31,559 bases of DNA from a virus (lineage: Duplodnaviria > Caudoviricetes): positions 1-31,559 of the IMG/VR virus record IMGVR_UViG_3300033109_000098; one strand, written 5' to 3'. Under the pieces are notes generated by a model, which was not told the DNA's origin, did no database searches, and worked only from the letters and a program-made list of their open reading frames with translations. This document shows, in pieces, positions 9,373 to 16,990 of the stretch. Position 1 is the stretch's first letter; every line of letters begins with the position of its first letter. A program made the position numbers and the translations under genes.

Positions 9373-10131
9373 TCAGGCCAGTTGCACCTTGTAGAACTTC
9401 GACAGGCCGGCGCCGACGATCGCCGAATCGGACAGCGCCTCGCCCGGCAGGTCGAGCGCGGCATAATCGTCACCGATCAGGGGCACGTTCTGTGCGGCAC
9501 CCGGCTTGAAGCGGTGGATCGTAACGACGACCTGCTTGCCTGACTGCGCTTCGTTGAGGCCGACGAACATCAGCTTGTATTCGAGGCCGGTGTTGACCAT
9601 GGCCTCGAGCACGTCGACGGCCTTTTTCGTGTAGTCGACGTGGATCGTGGCAGCGCCGGCGACCGAGTCGGGAATGCTGCTGCCGGGCAGGATGTAGATG
9701 CCGGCGCCGTTGACGATGTAATCGGTGCCCGCGACATAGGTCGTGGTGCCAGGTACATCCTTGACCGTGATCGCAGCACCGGTGTCGGGCACGTAGGTGA
9801 ACGGCACCAGGCCGTTCTTGTAGGTGGGGTGCGCTTCGGCGGTGACCGCACCAGCCGTGACGGCGCTGGTCGAGCCCAGCGCGCCCAGCGCCAGGTTGGC
9901 CGCGTTCACGTCGTGCGCCTTGATGTTGGTCGTCACCTCGGTAATGCGCTCGAGCGTATTGGCGTTGCCGCCGCCGGCGCTGGTGTAGTCGGGCTGCTTT
10001 TTCTTTTCGGTGCCGTGGGTGAAGGTCAGCTCGGAACAGTTGCCGACCGAAATCATGGCGGCGCCGCCGGCGTAGGGGCCGATGAAGATCTCGCCTTTGC
10101 CGATGTAGGATGCGTCTGCGATCTGGGACAT
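9373..10131 (-). CDS. Major tail tube protein (252 aa)
   Basis: SYIGKGEIF..., VGNCSEL, FVGLNEAQSGK and LIGDDYAAL motifs typical of siphophage tail tubes. SD CAGGAG. Confidence 0.85.
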   Translation of the reverse strand: MSQIADASYIGKGEIFIGPYAGGAAMISVGNCSELTFTHGTEKKKQPDYTSAGGGNANTLERITEVTTNIKAHDVNAANLALGALGSTSAVTAGAVTAEAHPTYKNGLVPFTYVPDTGAAITVKDVPGTTTYVAGTDYIVNGAGIYILPGSSIPDSVAGAATIHVDYTKKAVDVLEAMVNTGLEYKLMFVGLNEAQSGKQVVVTIHRFKPGAAQNVPLIGDDYAALDLPGEALSDSAIVGAGLSKFYKVQLA

Positions 10132-10149
10132 GGTTTTCTCCTGTGTGCG

Positions 10150-10608
10150 CTAGGGCGCGTTGAAGTGGTCGACAAAACTGAACGAGCCGCGCACCTGGGC
10201 GACGACGAGGTCGCTGCCGGATTCGGGCGGGAGGATGCTGTAGCCCTCGAGGCGGGCATCGATGGCCTGGCCGTTGAGGTCTCGCTGCACGTCGCCGAAC
10301 AGCGCCTTTTTCAGGTCGGCGAGCAGGTTGTGGCCGGTGGCGATCACGTTGGCGGCGGTCGGCTCCTCGGCGTAGGCCTCGGCGGTGAACTGGACGCGGA
10401 TCTTGGAATGCGGCGCGAAAGGGGCGGCGCTTTCGGTGGCGGCGTCGGTCTCGTTCAGACGGATGAACGGCACCGCCTCGCCGTCCATGTGCGGAACCGG
10501 CCCCAGCTTGACCGACGCGCCGGCATTGGTGAGATAGCCATTGGCGATGTTGATCGCCTGCAGGCGCGGCTGCAGGCTGGAAATGAGGGCGTAGGCCTTG
10601 GTCGTCAC
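10150..10608 (-). CDS. Tail terminator / tail completion protein
   Basis: RLQAINIANGYLTNAG motif. Position between the head-tail adaptor and the tail tube. GTG start at 10608 overlaps the upstream stop (alternative start 10617). Confidence 0.7.
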   Translation of the reverse strand: MTTKAYALISSLQPRLQAINIANGYLTNAGASVKLGPVPHMDGEAVPFIRLNETDAATESAAPFAPHSKIRVQFTAEAYAEEPTAANVIATGHNLLADLKKALFGDVQRDLNGQAIDARLEGYSILPPESGSDLVVAQVRGSFSFVDHFNAP

Positions 10609-10940
10609 TTGAGCCACCAGCTGACGACGAGGCCGTCATCCTTGTCGACGCGGTCGAGCTTCCAGCTGCTCTTGCCCATCGCCGCGATCTCGGCCGAGGT
10701 GTAGCGCGCCGGATCGGCCGTGATCGCCTGGCCATTGGCGAACGTGGCCGCCGCCGAGCGCATCACCGTGATGCGATCGCGCCGCTCTTCGGTGAGATTG
10801 AACTCGCCCAGCGTGGCCACGCTGCGATCGAGCACGGCATCGAACGGCGTCGAGCCGTTCAGCAGCCAGGCGTTGACGTGCGCCGCCAGCCCGATCGATG
10901 CCGTGCGCGCCTCGAGCGCCGCGGCCCTCGACAGGCTCAT
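10605..10940 (-). CDS. Head-tail joining (gpFII-like) protein (111 aa)
   Basis: Size, position, FDAVLDR...DDGLVVSWWL pattern and SD CAGGAG. Confidence 0.6.
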   Translation of the reverse strand: MSLSRAAALEARTASIGLAAHVNAWLLNGSTPFDAVLDRSVATLGEFNLTEERRDRITVMRSAAATFANGQAITADPARYTSAEIAAMGKSSWKLDRVDKDDGLVVSWWLK

Positions 10941-10990
10941 GCGCGGCGCTCCTGGTCAGCGGTTTGGATGGGTTGCGAGAAGATCTTCAT
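10937..10990 (-). CDS. Putative 17-aa leaderless uORF MKIFSQPIQTADQERRA
   Basis: ATG at the edge of the duplicated promoter element. Its TGA overlaps the ATG of the head-tail gene (ATGA). Confidence 0.35.
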   Translation of the reverse strand: MKIFSQPIQTADQERRA

Positions 10991-11041
10991 GCCTGCCAGC
11001 GTGGCAGGCATCGTGTGCAATTTTTAGGAAAAAAATTGCAG
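10988..11041 (-). promoter_or_regulatory. Late promoter element copy 1 (activator dyad plus -10 inside a hairpin)
   Basis: 50/54 identical to 16554-16607. Dyad TGCAATTTTT-N5-AAAAATTGCA (11016-11040) and inverted repeat ATGCCTGCCA-GCG-TGGCAGGCAT. Confidence 0.75.
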
Positions 11042-11050
11042 GGATGGATG

Positions 11051-11075
11051 AAAAAGCCGCCCCTGTTAGGCGGCT
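11051..11075 (-). terminator. Rho-independent terminator after the head operon
   Basis: AGCCGCC-taacagg-GGCGGCT followed by TTTT on the minus strand, just after the stop at 11083. Confidence 0.8.
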
Positions 11076-11082
11076 GGCTGGG

Positions 11083-11790
11083 TTATTTAAATTCTGCGTT
11101 CAAATAACAGGCCAGGCCGCCCGCGAAAACGATGGCCGCGTTTGCCTCGTGTTTGAGTACGAGGTTGTATTTATTTCCGGGGGCTGTCGGTATCCACGGA
11201 GACGCGATCCCAAGATGGCCGGTGGTGTCATAGGTCGGCGGAATGAACATGATATGCAGGGCTGGCGTAACAACTGGGATCGTCACGTAGTTTTCTTGCA
11301 CGGTAAGACGAATCGATGCGGCCAAGTCGGGCGCCGTTGGGACGAAGGTCGTAGGAATGCCAAGGTTCGCGGTGAATTTCACATGCGATACGCCAGGGGG
11401 AATGATGAGCGCGTCGGTGTCCGTCGTACCGTTCCATATGTCCGCATTCTGGAAAGGGGTCCCGTTGTCATAGAACGTGTCGAACGTGATTCCGGTGGAC
11501 ACGTTGTAGTTAATTGGCGCGGTCGCCGCTGCGCGCACCAGAGTAACGTGCCCTTTATTGATGGGATAAAGTATTCCAGTAGAAGGGTCAATGAGCGATT
11601 TGTTGCCGGAGGCGTCGGTGGATAGCATTGCCTGGATCAGATTTTCTCCTGGCGCCAGCGTCCTACTGACATACGTCGCCACCCCCCGATTGACCAGCTC
11701 CGCCTCCTTGTCCGCGGCCAGGGTGAGCTGCGTGCCGGTAGCTTGGTACACTCCGGCTACGAAGATGGGGGCGGTAAGCTTGATGGTCAT
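11083..11790 (-). CDS. Putative head decoration/fibre protein (235 aa)
   Basis: Short N-terminal MTIKLT...AELVNRGVATY segment plus a beta-rich C-terminal domain with more AT-rich codons. End of the head operon. SD GAGG. Confidence 0.5.
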   Translation of the reverse strand: MTIKLTAPIFVAGVYQATGTQLTLAADKEAELVNRGVATYVSRTLAPGENLIQAMLSTDASGNKSLIDPSTGILYPINKGHVTLVRAAATAPINYNVSTGITFDTFYDNGTPFQNADIWNGTTDTDALIIPPGVSHVKFTANLGIPTTFVPTAPDLAASIRLTVQENYVTIPVVTPALHIMFIPPTYDTTGHLGIASPWIPTAPGNKYNLVLKHEANAAIVFAGGLACYLNAEFK

Positions 11791-11831
11791 GGCTGGCCTC
11801 TATCGTGTGGGGGTGATCCGGTGGGGTGCGC

Positions 11832-12092
11832 TCAGGCCTGGGCGGACTTGTCGCCGTCCTTCGGCTTTTTCTTCATGGCTTCGGCGGCGGCGACCATCTT
11901 GTCGCTGGCGGTGTGGATGCCGCCTTTGGTGGGGTCGTCGTCGCGGTTGACGAACAGGGTGCGGCCCGCGCGGGCCAGGTCGAGGGCGACGTCTTTCGGG
12001 ACTTCGACAAAGTCGCCGGCGTCGTGGTGGACGCCGCCGCGGTCGTCCTGGTAGTTGATAAGGCAGGGTTCGACGATGAGTTGCTTGGGCAT
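11832..12092 (-). CDS. Small capsid-associated protein (86 aa)
   Basis: Directly after the major capsid gene. SD GGAG. AGDFVEVPKDVALDLARAGR motif common in post-capsid genes. Confidence 0.65.
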   Translation of the reverse strand: MPKQLIVEPCLINYQDDRGGVHHDAGDFVEVPKDVALDLARAGRTLFVNRDDDPTKGGIHTASDKMVAAAEAMKKKPKDGDKSAQA

Positions 12093-12112
12093 GGTGATTC
12101 TCCAGATAAGGG

Positions 12113-12143
12113 TTTAAAGCGTCCGCCCGTGACAGGCGGACGC
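12113..12143 (-). terminator. Stem-loop/terminator after the major capsid gene
   Basis: GCGTCCGCC-N7-GGCGGACGC followed by TTTAAA on the minus strand. Confidence 0.65.
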
Positions 12144-12157
12144 GGTCAGGGTTGCGA

Positions 12158-13615
12158 TCAGGCGGTCAGCGCATCCTTCATCGCGGCGAAGCTGGCGACA
12201 TGGCGGGCGTTGACGTCGCAATCCTGCAGGGCGACGAGGCGGCGGGTGCCGGCGCTCGACCCGGTGTAGGGGTCGAGCAGCAGGTCGAGGCCGCCCCACA
12301 TGCCGATGACCAGGTCGGCCCAGTTGCCGAACATGATCGCGGAGCAGACGCCGGTGCTGGTGCCCTTGGTGAGGTTGCTCGGCACGGCATTGGTCGTGTA
12401 GGCCGTGTAGCCGAGCACGTCGCCGACACCACGCGAGCCGGGCTGGCTGGTCCACACCGGGCGGCCGTTGGCGCTGGTGGGGAATTCCTGCGTCTTGCGC
12501 AGGGTGCCGCGCACCTTGGTGTTGGTGAGGAAAGCCAGGTTGCCGCTGTCGGCATTGGCGTTGGCCACCGCCGATTCGAGATCGACCATGTTGGCGTAGG
12601 TGGGCGCCAGGCCATTGGTGCCGCCGGCGACGGAGCCGATGCCGCTCATGTTGAGCAGGCCGGTGGGCTCGTTGCTGGCGCCGGCGCCGTTGATCGCGCC
12701 GGTCTGGATCGTCTGGCCCAGGACGGCGGCGAGGTCGGCGCGGATGAACATTTCGACGTCGATCGACGACTGCAGCAGCAGGCGGCGGCTGTAGTCGGTG
12801 AAGGCGCCGACGGTGTGCGGCGTCAGCGTCATCTGGCCGACGGTCTGCTGGCTCTCGGTCGGCGCGCCGGATTCAGCGAGCCAGTATCCGGTGGCACCGC
12901 CGGTCTGCGACGGAATGGCGACGTTGCCGTTGAGGTCGCGCAGCCAGGTGATGCCAAGCTGGTCGAGCACCATGGCGTTGCGCAGAAGGTCGATGAAGCT
13001 CGAGCCCAGCAGCTCGGTGGCAACCAGGTTGCCGCCGGCGGTGGGGGTGCCGACGACGAGGTCGCGATAGGCGTGCATGATGTCGACGCCGCCGGCCTTG
13101 GCACGCGCCATGGCGCGCTGGATCAGCTGCGAGGCGACGATGCCGGCCATGCGCTCGTTCACCGACATGCCGCTGGCCAGCACGTCGACGGGGATGGTGA
13201 TGGCGGATTCGCGGTCCTTGCTGCGGCTGTCGCCGCGCTTGTCCTGGGCGGCGCGCGAGACTTCGCACTCGAACGGGGCCAGCTTGACGGCGTGCGCCGG
13301 GTCCATCGCGGCCAGCAGCGCGCGACGGAAGCTGAACTGCTCGACCTCTTTTTGCGACATGCCGATCTCGGGCGATTCGGCCGGGCGCAGGGCGCCGCTC
13401 TGGCGCAGGTGATCGAGCACCTGGGCGCGGAAGTTGTCGACGGCCATGCCGGAGTCGATCGCCTTATCGGCCAGGTCGCGCATGTTGTGCATGCGGCCCA
13501 GCGCGGTGATCTCCTTGGCGCGCTCGCGCTCGAGCTCGAGCGGATCGGGGCCGGACTGGTGGGAACGGGTGGCGTCAGTGGGAGCCGGCGCCGGGTCTTT
13601 GACTTTGTCAGTCAT
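12158..13615 (-). CDS. Major capsid/scaffold product from an internal in-frame start (MTDKVKD...)
   Basis: SD CAGGAG-AAAACC-ATG at 13615, at the protease/capsid boundary. Confidence 0.6.
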   Translation of the reverse strand: MTDKVKDPAPAPTDATRSHQSGPDPLELERERAKEITALGRMHNMRDLADKAIDSGMAVDNFRAQVLDHLRQSGALRPAESPEIGMSQKEVEQFSFRRALLAAMDPAHAVKLAPFECEVSRAAQDKRGDSRSKDRESAITIPVDVLASGMSVNERMAGIVASQLIQRAMARAKAGGVDIMHAYRDLVVGTPTAGGNLVATELLGSSFIDLLRNAMVLDQLGITWLRDLNGNVAIPSQTGGATGYWLAESGAPTESQQTVGQMTLTPHTVGAFTDYSRRLLLQSSIDVEMFIRADLAAVLGQTIQTGAINGAGASNEPTGLLNMSGIGSVAGGTNGLAPTYANMVDLESAVANANADSGNLAFLTNTKVRGTLRKTQEFPTSANGRPVWTSQPGSRGVGDVLGYTAYTTNAVPSNLTKGTSTGVCSAIMFGNWADLVIGMWGGLDLLLDPYTGSSAGTRRLVALQDCDVNARHVASFAAMKDALTA

Positions 13616-14302
13616 GGTTTTCTCCTGAGTGGAACCGGCGCGGCCGGCGGGGGGAAGATCAACCACGCGGTAACGCGGTTGGGTGGAATCGTCGGCCTTG
13701 CGGCCGATGCCGACAGTGGCGTCGGCGGGAATGTCGACCAGGCTGATCTCGAACGGCGTCCAGCTGGTGACGCGATACTCGTCGGGCTGGCCTTCGGCGG
13801 CCTGCTTGGTGAGCACGCGCTCGTTGATCTGATAGCCGATCGAAACATTGCGCACCAGGCCGTCGGCGATGTCCTGCCGCAGGTCTGACAGGGCATCGCG
13901 CCGGCTGATCGTGATGTCGGCCATGAGGCGTCCGCCTTCGATCCAAGCGCGGTCGACGACGCCGATGCCGGACAGCGGCGTATCGCCGACGGCGGTATAG
14001 CGGTCATGGTTGGCCAGCATGGGCGCGCCGCCATTCAGGCGGGTGAGATCGATCTCGCCGCTCTTGTGGCCGAGCACTTCGACCCACGGCGCATCCCACC
14101 AGCTGGCGCGCAGGTAGGGCTCCTCGCTGGAGACCGACAGGCGCAGCTGCAGCAGGGGATCGTCGGGCGTGCCGTCTTCGTCGCCATCCGGGTCGGCGGG
14201 CGGATCCATGGCGCGGATGGTGAGCGTGGCGGGCATCCAGCGATGCAGGTCGCCGTCGATGCGCTGGCGCTTGGCAGGGGCTTCGAGCGTGTCGGTGGGC
14301 AT
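12158..14302 (-). CDS. HK97-type prohead protease fused to major capsid protein (714 aa)
   Basis: Protease motifs LANHD, RNVSIGY, FEISLVDIPAD. Capsid motifs GGNLVAT, FIDLLRN, FGNWADL. Confidence 0.93.
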   Translation of the reverse strand: MPTDTLEAPAKRQRIDGDLHRWMPATLTIRAMDPPADPDGDEDGTPDDPLLQLRLSVSSEEPYLRASWWDAPWVEVLGHKSGEIDLTRLNGGAPMLANHDRYTAVGDTPLSGIGVVDRAWIEGGRLMADITISRRDALSDLRQDIADGLVRNVSIGYQINERVLTKQAAEGQPDEYRVTSWTPFEISLVDIPADATVGIGRKADDSTQPRYRVVDLPPAGRAGSTQEKTMTDKVKDPAPAPTDATRSHQSGPDPLELERERAKEITALGRMHNMRDLADKAIDSGMAVDNFRAQVLDHLRQSGALRPAESPEIGMSQKEVEQFSFRRALLAAMDPAHAVKLAPFECEVSRAAQDKRGDSRSKDRESAITIPVDVLASGMSVNERMAGIVASQLIQRAMARAKAGGVDIMHAYRDLVVGTPTAGGNLVATELLGSSFIDLLRNAMVLDQLGITWLRDLNGNVAIPSQTGGATGYWLAESGAPTESQQTVGQMTLTPHTVGAFTDYSRRLLLQSSIDVEMFIRADLAAVLGQTIQTGAINGAGASNEPTGLLNMSGIGSVAGGTNGLAPTYANMVDLESAVANANADSGNLAFLTNTKVRGTLRKTQEFPTSANGRPVWTSQPGSRGVGDVLGYTAYTTNAVPSNLTKGTSTGVCSAIMFGNWADLVIGMWGGLDLLLDPYTGSSAGTRRLVALQDCDVNARHVASFAAMKDALTA

Positions 14303-14305
14303 GGG

Positions 14306-15991
14306 TCAGTCTCCGTAGGGATGGCGGCTGCGCGAGGCGGCCAGGTGCAGATGGGCTTTGGCGGCCGCCGCGTCGGCGGCATCGGCCCCGCCGCCGGTGT
14401 CGGTGCCGTCGGATTGGGAAGCGGCGGCCGTGGCCTGAGGCGGCCCGGGGATGGGGCCGAAGGTCTTCTCCTCCTCCTGGATCTCGGCGAGAATTTCGTC
14501 GGGATCCTCGCCGCGCTCGAGGATGAGGCGGCGGCGGCTGGTGAGCTTGAGGCCGAGATTGGTCTCGTTTGCCTTGGCGGCGTACATGGGGTTGACCGGC
14601 GTCCAGCGGCGGCCTTGCCAGGTGGCGGCGTCGAGGTAGTCGTCGAGGCGCGAGGCCTTGAGGCCGGGGGTGGCCGTCACGATGTAGGGCAGCGCCGCTT
14701 CGAACACGGTGGCATAGAGCCAGTCGCGCAGGCGGTTCTGCGTTTTCTTGTGGTGCTCGCGCTCGGCGACGATGCCGACCTGCGCGCTGGAATAGTTGAC
14801 GGCCTCGAGGTCGTTGCCGCCGCTGACGTAGCTCATGCCGCGCGCGGCGAAGAACCCGCGCAGCTGGCCCTTGATGTAGCCGTCGGCGTTGATGTTGGGC
14901 CAGTCGGACTGGAATGGCCGGAAGTCGTAGCCCTGCGGCAGGGTGTCGAACTGGCCCGGCACGGTGCTGGCGTACTTTTCCGCCGCGGCGGTGATCTGCT
15001 GGATCTCGTCGGGCGAGAGCACCTTGCCGGCGGCCTTGGCGGCGTCGAGCACCGACGACACGATGGTGTCGGCAAACCCGGGCGGGGCCTCGCCGGACGG
15101 GCTGACGAAAAAGCCCTGCCGCTTGGCGGCGTTGCTGCTGGCGACGGCGGCCGACTCTTCGAAATCGTGCGTGAGCCACAGGCGGCGCGCGCCGACGGTC
15201 AGCCAGGGAATGCCGCGCAGCTGGGTGGGCTCCTCGACCAGGAAGCGATGGATGATTTCATTGGCCGGGATCCGCACGTGGCGGCCGACGCTGACGTAGG
15301 CGGTGATGGTGTCGCCGACTTTCTGCATCTGCAGCCAGTAGGCCAGCGGCTTGCCGACGTCGTCGATCTCGATCCCCATGCGGATGCGGTTGCCGCCGAA
15401 GGTGCGGTTGAGCGTGACATCGAGCAGCATGGGGTCCAGCATGTGGATCTGGAAGCCCATCGGCCCTTTTCCGGGCCGCTTGTGGATCAGGATCGCGCCC
15501 TTTCGGATCAGCGTCTGCAGCGCCAGCGCCTCGACATCGGACCAGCTCAGGCCGGACAGCTCGCATTCCTTGCCCCAGGCTTTCCAGGCGCGCTCCATCA
15601 GCGCGTTTTGCACGGTGTCGTGTACCGTCTTGCCGGCCTGCAGCATGGTGAGCCGCATCTGCATGACGATGCCATTGGGGCCGAGCACGTTATCGTCCAT
15701 TTCGACGATGTAGCGCTGCGCCCATTCGTTATTGCGCGCGAGGCCGGTGGCGCGGGCCCACAGCGTGGGCAGCTGGCGCGCCAGGTCTTCGTTGATATGC
15801 ACCGAGGCGGTCGACCAGCTTTCGGTATAGGACGGCGTCTCGGCGGTTTCGAACGAGCGCTGCGCCGCGCGCATGTCGGACATGATGCGGTTTTGCGTCT
15901 GCACGGCGACGGCGCGCACGGTCGTGTCGAGCCATTCGCGGCGCTGGGCGGCGGTTTCACGTGAACCAAACAGGCGCGAGATCAGGCCCAT
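14306..15991 (-). CDS. Portal protein, lambda family (561 aa)
   Basis: RATGLARNN, QLRGIPW, DLEAVNYSSA and RGEDPDE motifs of lambda gpB-type portals. Confidence 0.93.
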   Translation of the reverse strand: MGLISRLFGSRETAAQRREWLDTTVRAVAVQTQNRIMSDMRAAQRSFETAETPSYTESWSTASVHINEDLARQLPTLWARATGLARNNEWAQRYIVEMDDNVLGPNGIVMQMRLTMLQAGKTVHDTVQNALMERAWKAWGKECELSGLSWSDVEALALQTLIRKGAILIHKRPGKGPMGFQIHMLDPMLLDVTLNRTFGGNRIRMGIEIDDVGKPLAYWLQMQKVGDTITAYVSVGRHVRIPANEIIHRFLVEEPTQLRGIPWLTVGARRLWLTHDFEESAAVASSNAAKRQGFFVSPSGEAPPGFADTIVSSVLDAAKAAGKVLSPDEIQQITAAAEKYASTVPGQFDTLPQGYDFRPFQSDWPNINADGYIKGQLRGFFAARGMSYVSGGNDLEAVNYSSAQVGIVAEREHHKKTQNRLRDWLYATVFEAALPYIVTATPGLKASRLDDYLDAATWQGRRWTPVNPMYAAKANETNLGLKLTSRRRLILERGEDPDEILAEIQEEEKTFGPIPGPPQATAAASQSDGTDTGGGADAADAAAAKAHLHLAASRSRHPYGD

Positions 15992-15992
15992 G

Positions 15993-16556
15993 TCAGAACC
16001 TCACCACGACGCGGCCGGGGGAGACGCCATTCAGCAAGGCCTGGGCGACGTTCTCTTTCTGTACCTCACGCTCGTAATGCGTGATCGCGTCTTTCAGTTC
16101 CTGCATGCTGCGGAATGTGGTGCTGCGGCCGTCGACCGAGGTCGACAGCACGGTGATCGTCGAGTCGGCCACCATGCTGGCCAGCGCAGTGCGCAGGTTG
16201 GCCAGCGAGATCATGTTGGCGCTGCGGCCGTCGAAGTTGGCGGCCTGGGTGAGATCCGGCAGGATCTTGATCGGGTTCGATTCGAGCGTGGCGCGATCGC
16301 CGGTGCTGGTGTTTTCGACGTAGCCGACCAGCGTGGCATCGCCGGCCACATAGGCGGCGGTGTCGGTGGACTTGAGGTCGACGGTATGCAGCGTGCCGAC
16401 GCCGGTCGAGGTGATGGCGACGGCGGCGCCCGAGGCGTACAACAGCCGATACTTCAGCGCCCAGCCATCGGCGGCGGAAAACTCGGGCAGCTCGCGCTGC
16501 CAAGTGACGCTGTCACCCGCGCGGATCGCACTCGGCTCGGTTGTCTGGATTCCCAT
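15993..16556 (-). CDS. gpW-like head completion protein with N-terminal extension (187 aa)
   Basis: C-terminal SVDGRSTTFRSMQELKDAI motif. EPSAIRAGDSVTW N-terminus. Directly precedes the portal. ATG 16556 sits at the edge of promoter copy 2. Confidence 0.75.
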   Translation of the reverse strand: MGIQTTEPSAIRAGDSVTWQRELPEFSAADGWALKYRLLYASGAAVAITSTGVGTLHTVDLKSTDTAAYVAGDATLVGYVENTSTGDRATLESNPIKILPDLTQAANFDGRSANMISLANLRTALASMVADSTITVLSTSVDGRSTTFRSMQELKDAITHYEREVQKENVAQALLNGVSPGRVVVRF

Positions 16557-16607
16557 GCCTGCCAGCGTGGCAGGATGGGTGTGCAATTTTTAGGAAAAAA
16601 ATTGCAG
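16554..16607 (-). promoter_or_regulatory. Late promoter element copy 2
   Basis: 50/54 identical to 10988-11041. Dyad at 16582-16606. -10-like CACGCT 7 nt before ATG. Confidence 0.75.
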
Positions 16608-16630
16608 CGGGGTGGGATGGTGTAAAAACC

Positions 16631-16679
16631 CGTCAATATCCGATAGCACACCTGCGCAGGTGTCTATTGCTTGTTGGGC
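16631..16679 (+). other. Short attC-like hairpin (cassette insertion site)
   Basis: CGTCAAT-N5-ATAG[C]ACACCTGC/GCAGGTGTCTAT-N5-GTTGGGC: a stem with one extrahelical C, ending in a GTTRRRY box. The R'' box is degenerate. Confidence 0.55.
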
Positions 16680-16897
16680 GTCATGTCTTGCCGCAACCGA
16701 AACACCTCAATCGGGTAAGCGTTGTCACGCTCCGCCGCCATGAAGTGCGCCCCGATGTTGCAGATTCTCCCGCGCTGGTCAACGCAGATCGTGTGTTCTG
16801 CCCGTACTTCGTGGAAGCGCCAGATTCGCTGGGCCTTGTTAATCCAGTCCTGTTTTGAGCGAAACTCAAACAGCTTCTCTCCGTGCTCAATCTGCAT
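16664..16897 (-). CDS. Hypothetical cassette protein (77 aa)
   Basis: SD GGAGAG before ATG. Stop TAG lies just outside the cassette, in the left hairpin. Confidence 0.75.
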   Translation of the reverse strand: MQIEHGEKLFEFRSKQDWINKAQRIWRFHEVRAEHTICVDQRGRICNIGAHFMAAERDNAYPIEVFRLRQDMTPNKQ

Positions 16898-16984
16898 GCC
16901 GTTCTCTCCAGGGCGTCACGCCCAACAAGTCCATCGAGAGGGAAGCTCAACAGCTACGCTGTTTCGCTCCCCTCATGTCGTTCG
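16674..16984 (+). mobile_element. Integron-type gene cassette (311 bp) with inverted ORF
   Basis: Bounded by G|TTGGGCGT (16673) and G|TTACAT (16984). The left end is a 9-bp perfect complement of ACGCCCAAC at the attC R'' box. Confidence 0.8.
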
Positions 16985-16990
16985 TTACAT
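16920..16990 (+). other. attC: Canonical integron attC site (71 bp)
   Basis: R'' GCCCAAC, 5-nt spacer, CAT[C]GAG[A]GGGA pairing with TCCCCTCATG, AACAGC-TAC-GCTGTT tip, 6-nt spacer, R'-like GTTACAT (one mismatch to GTTRRRY). Confidence 0.85.
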
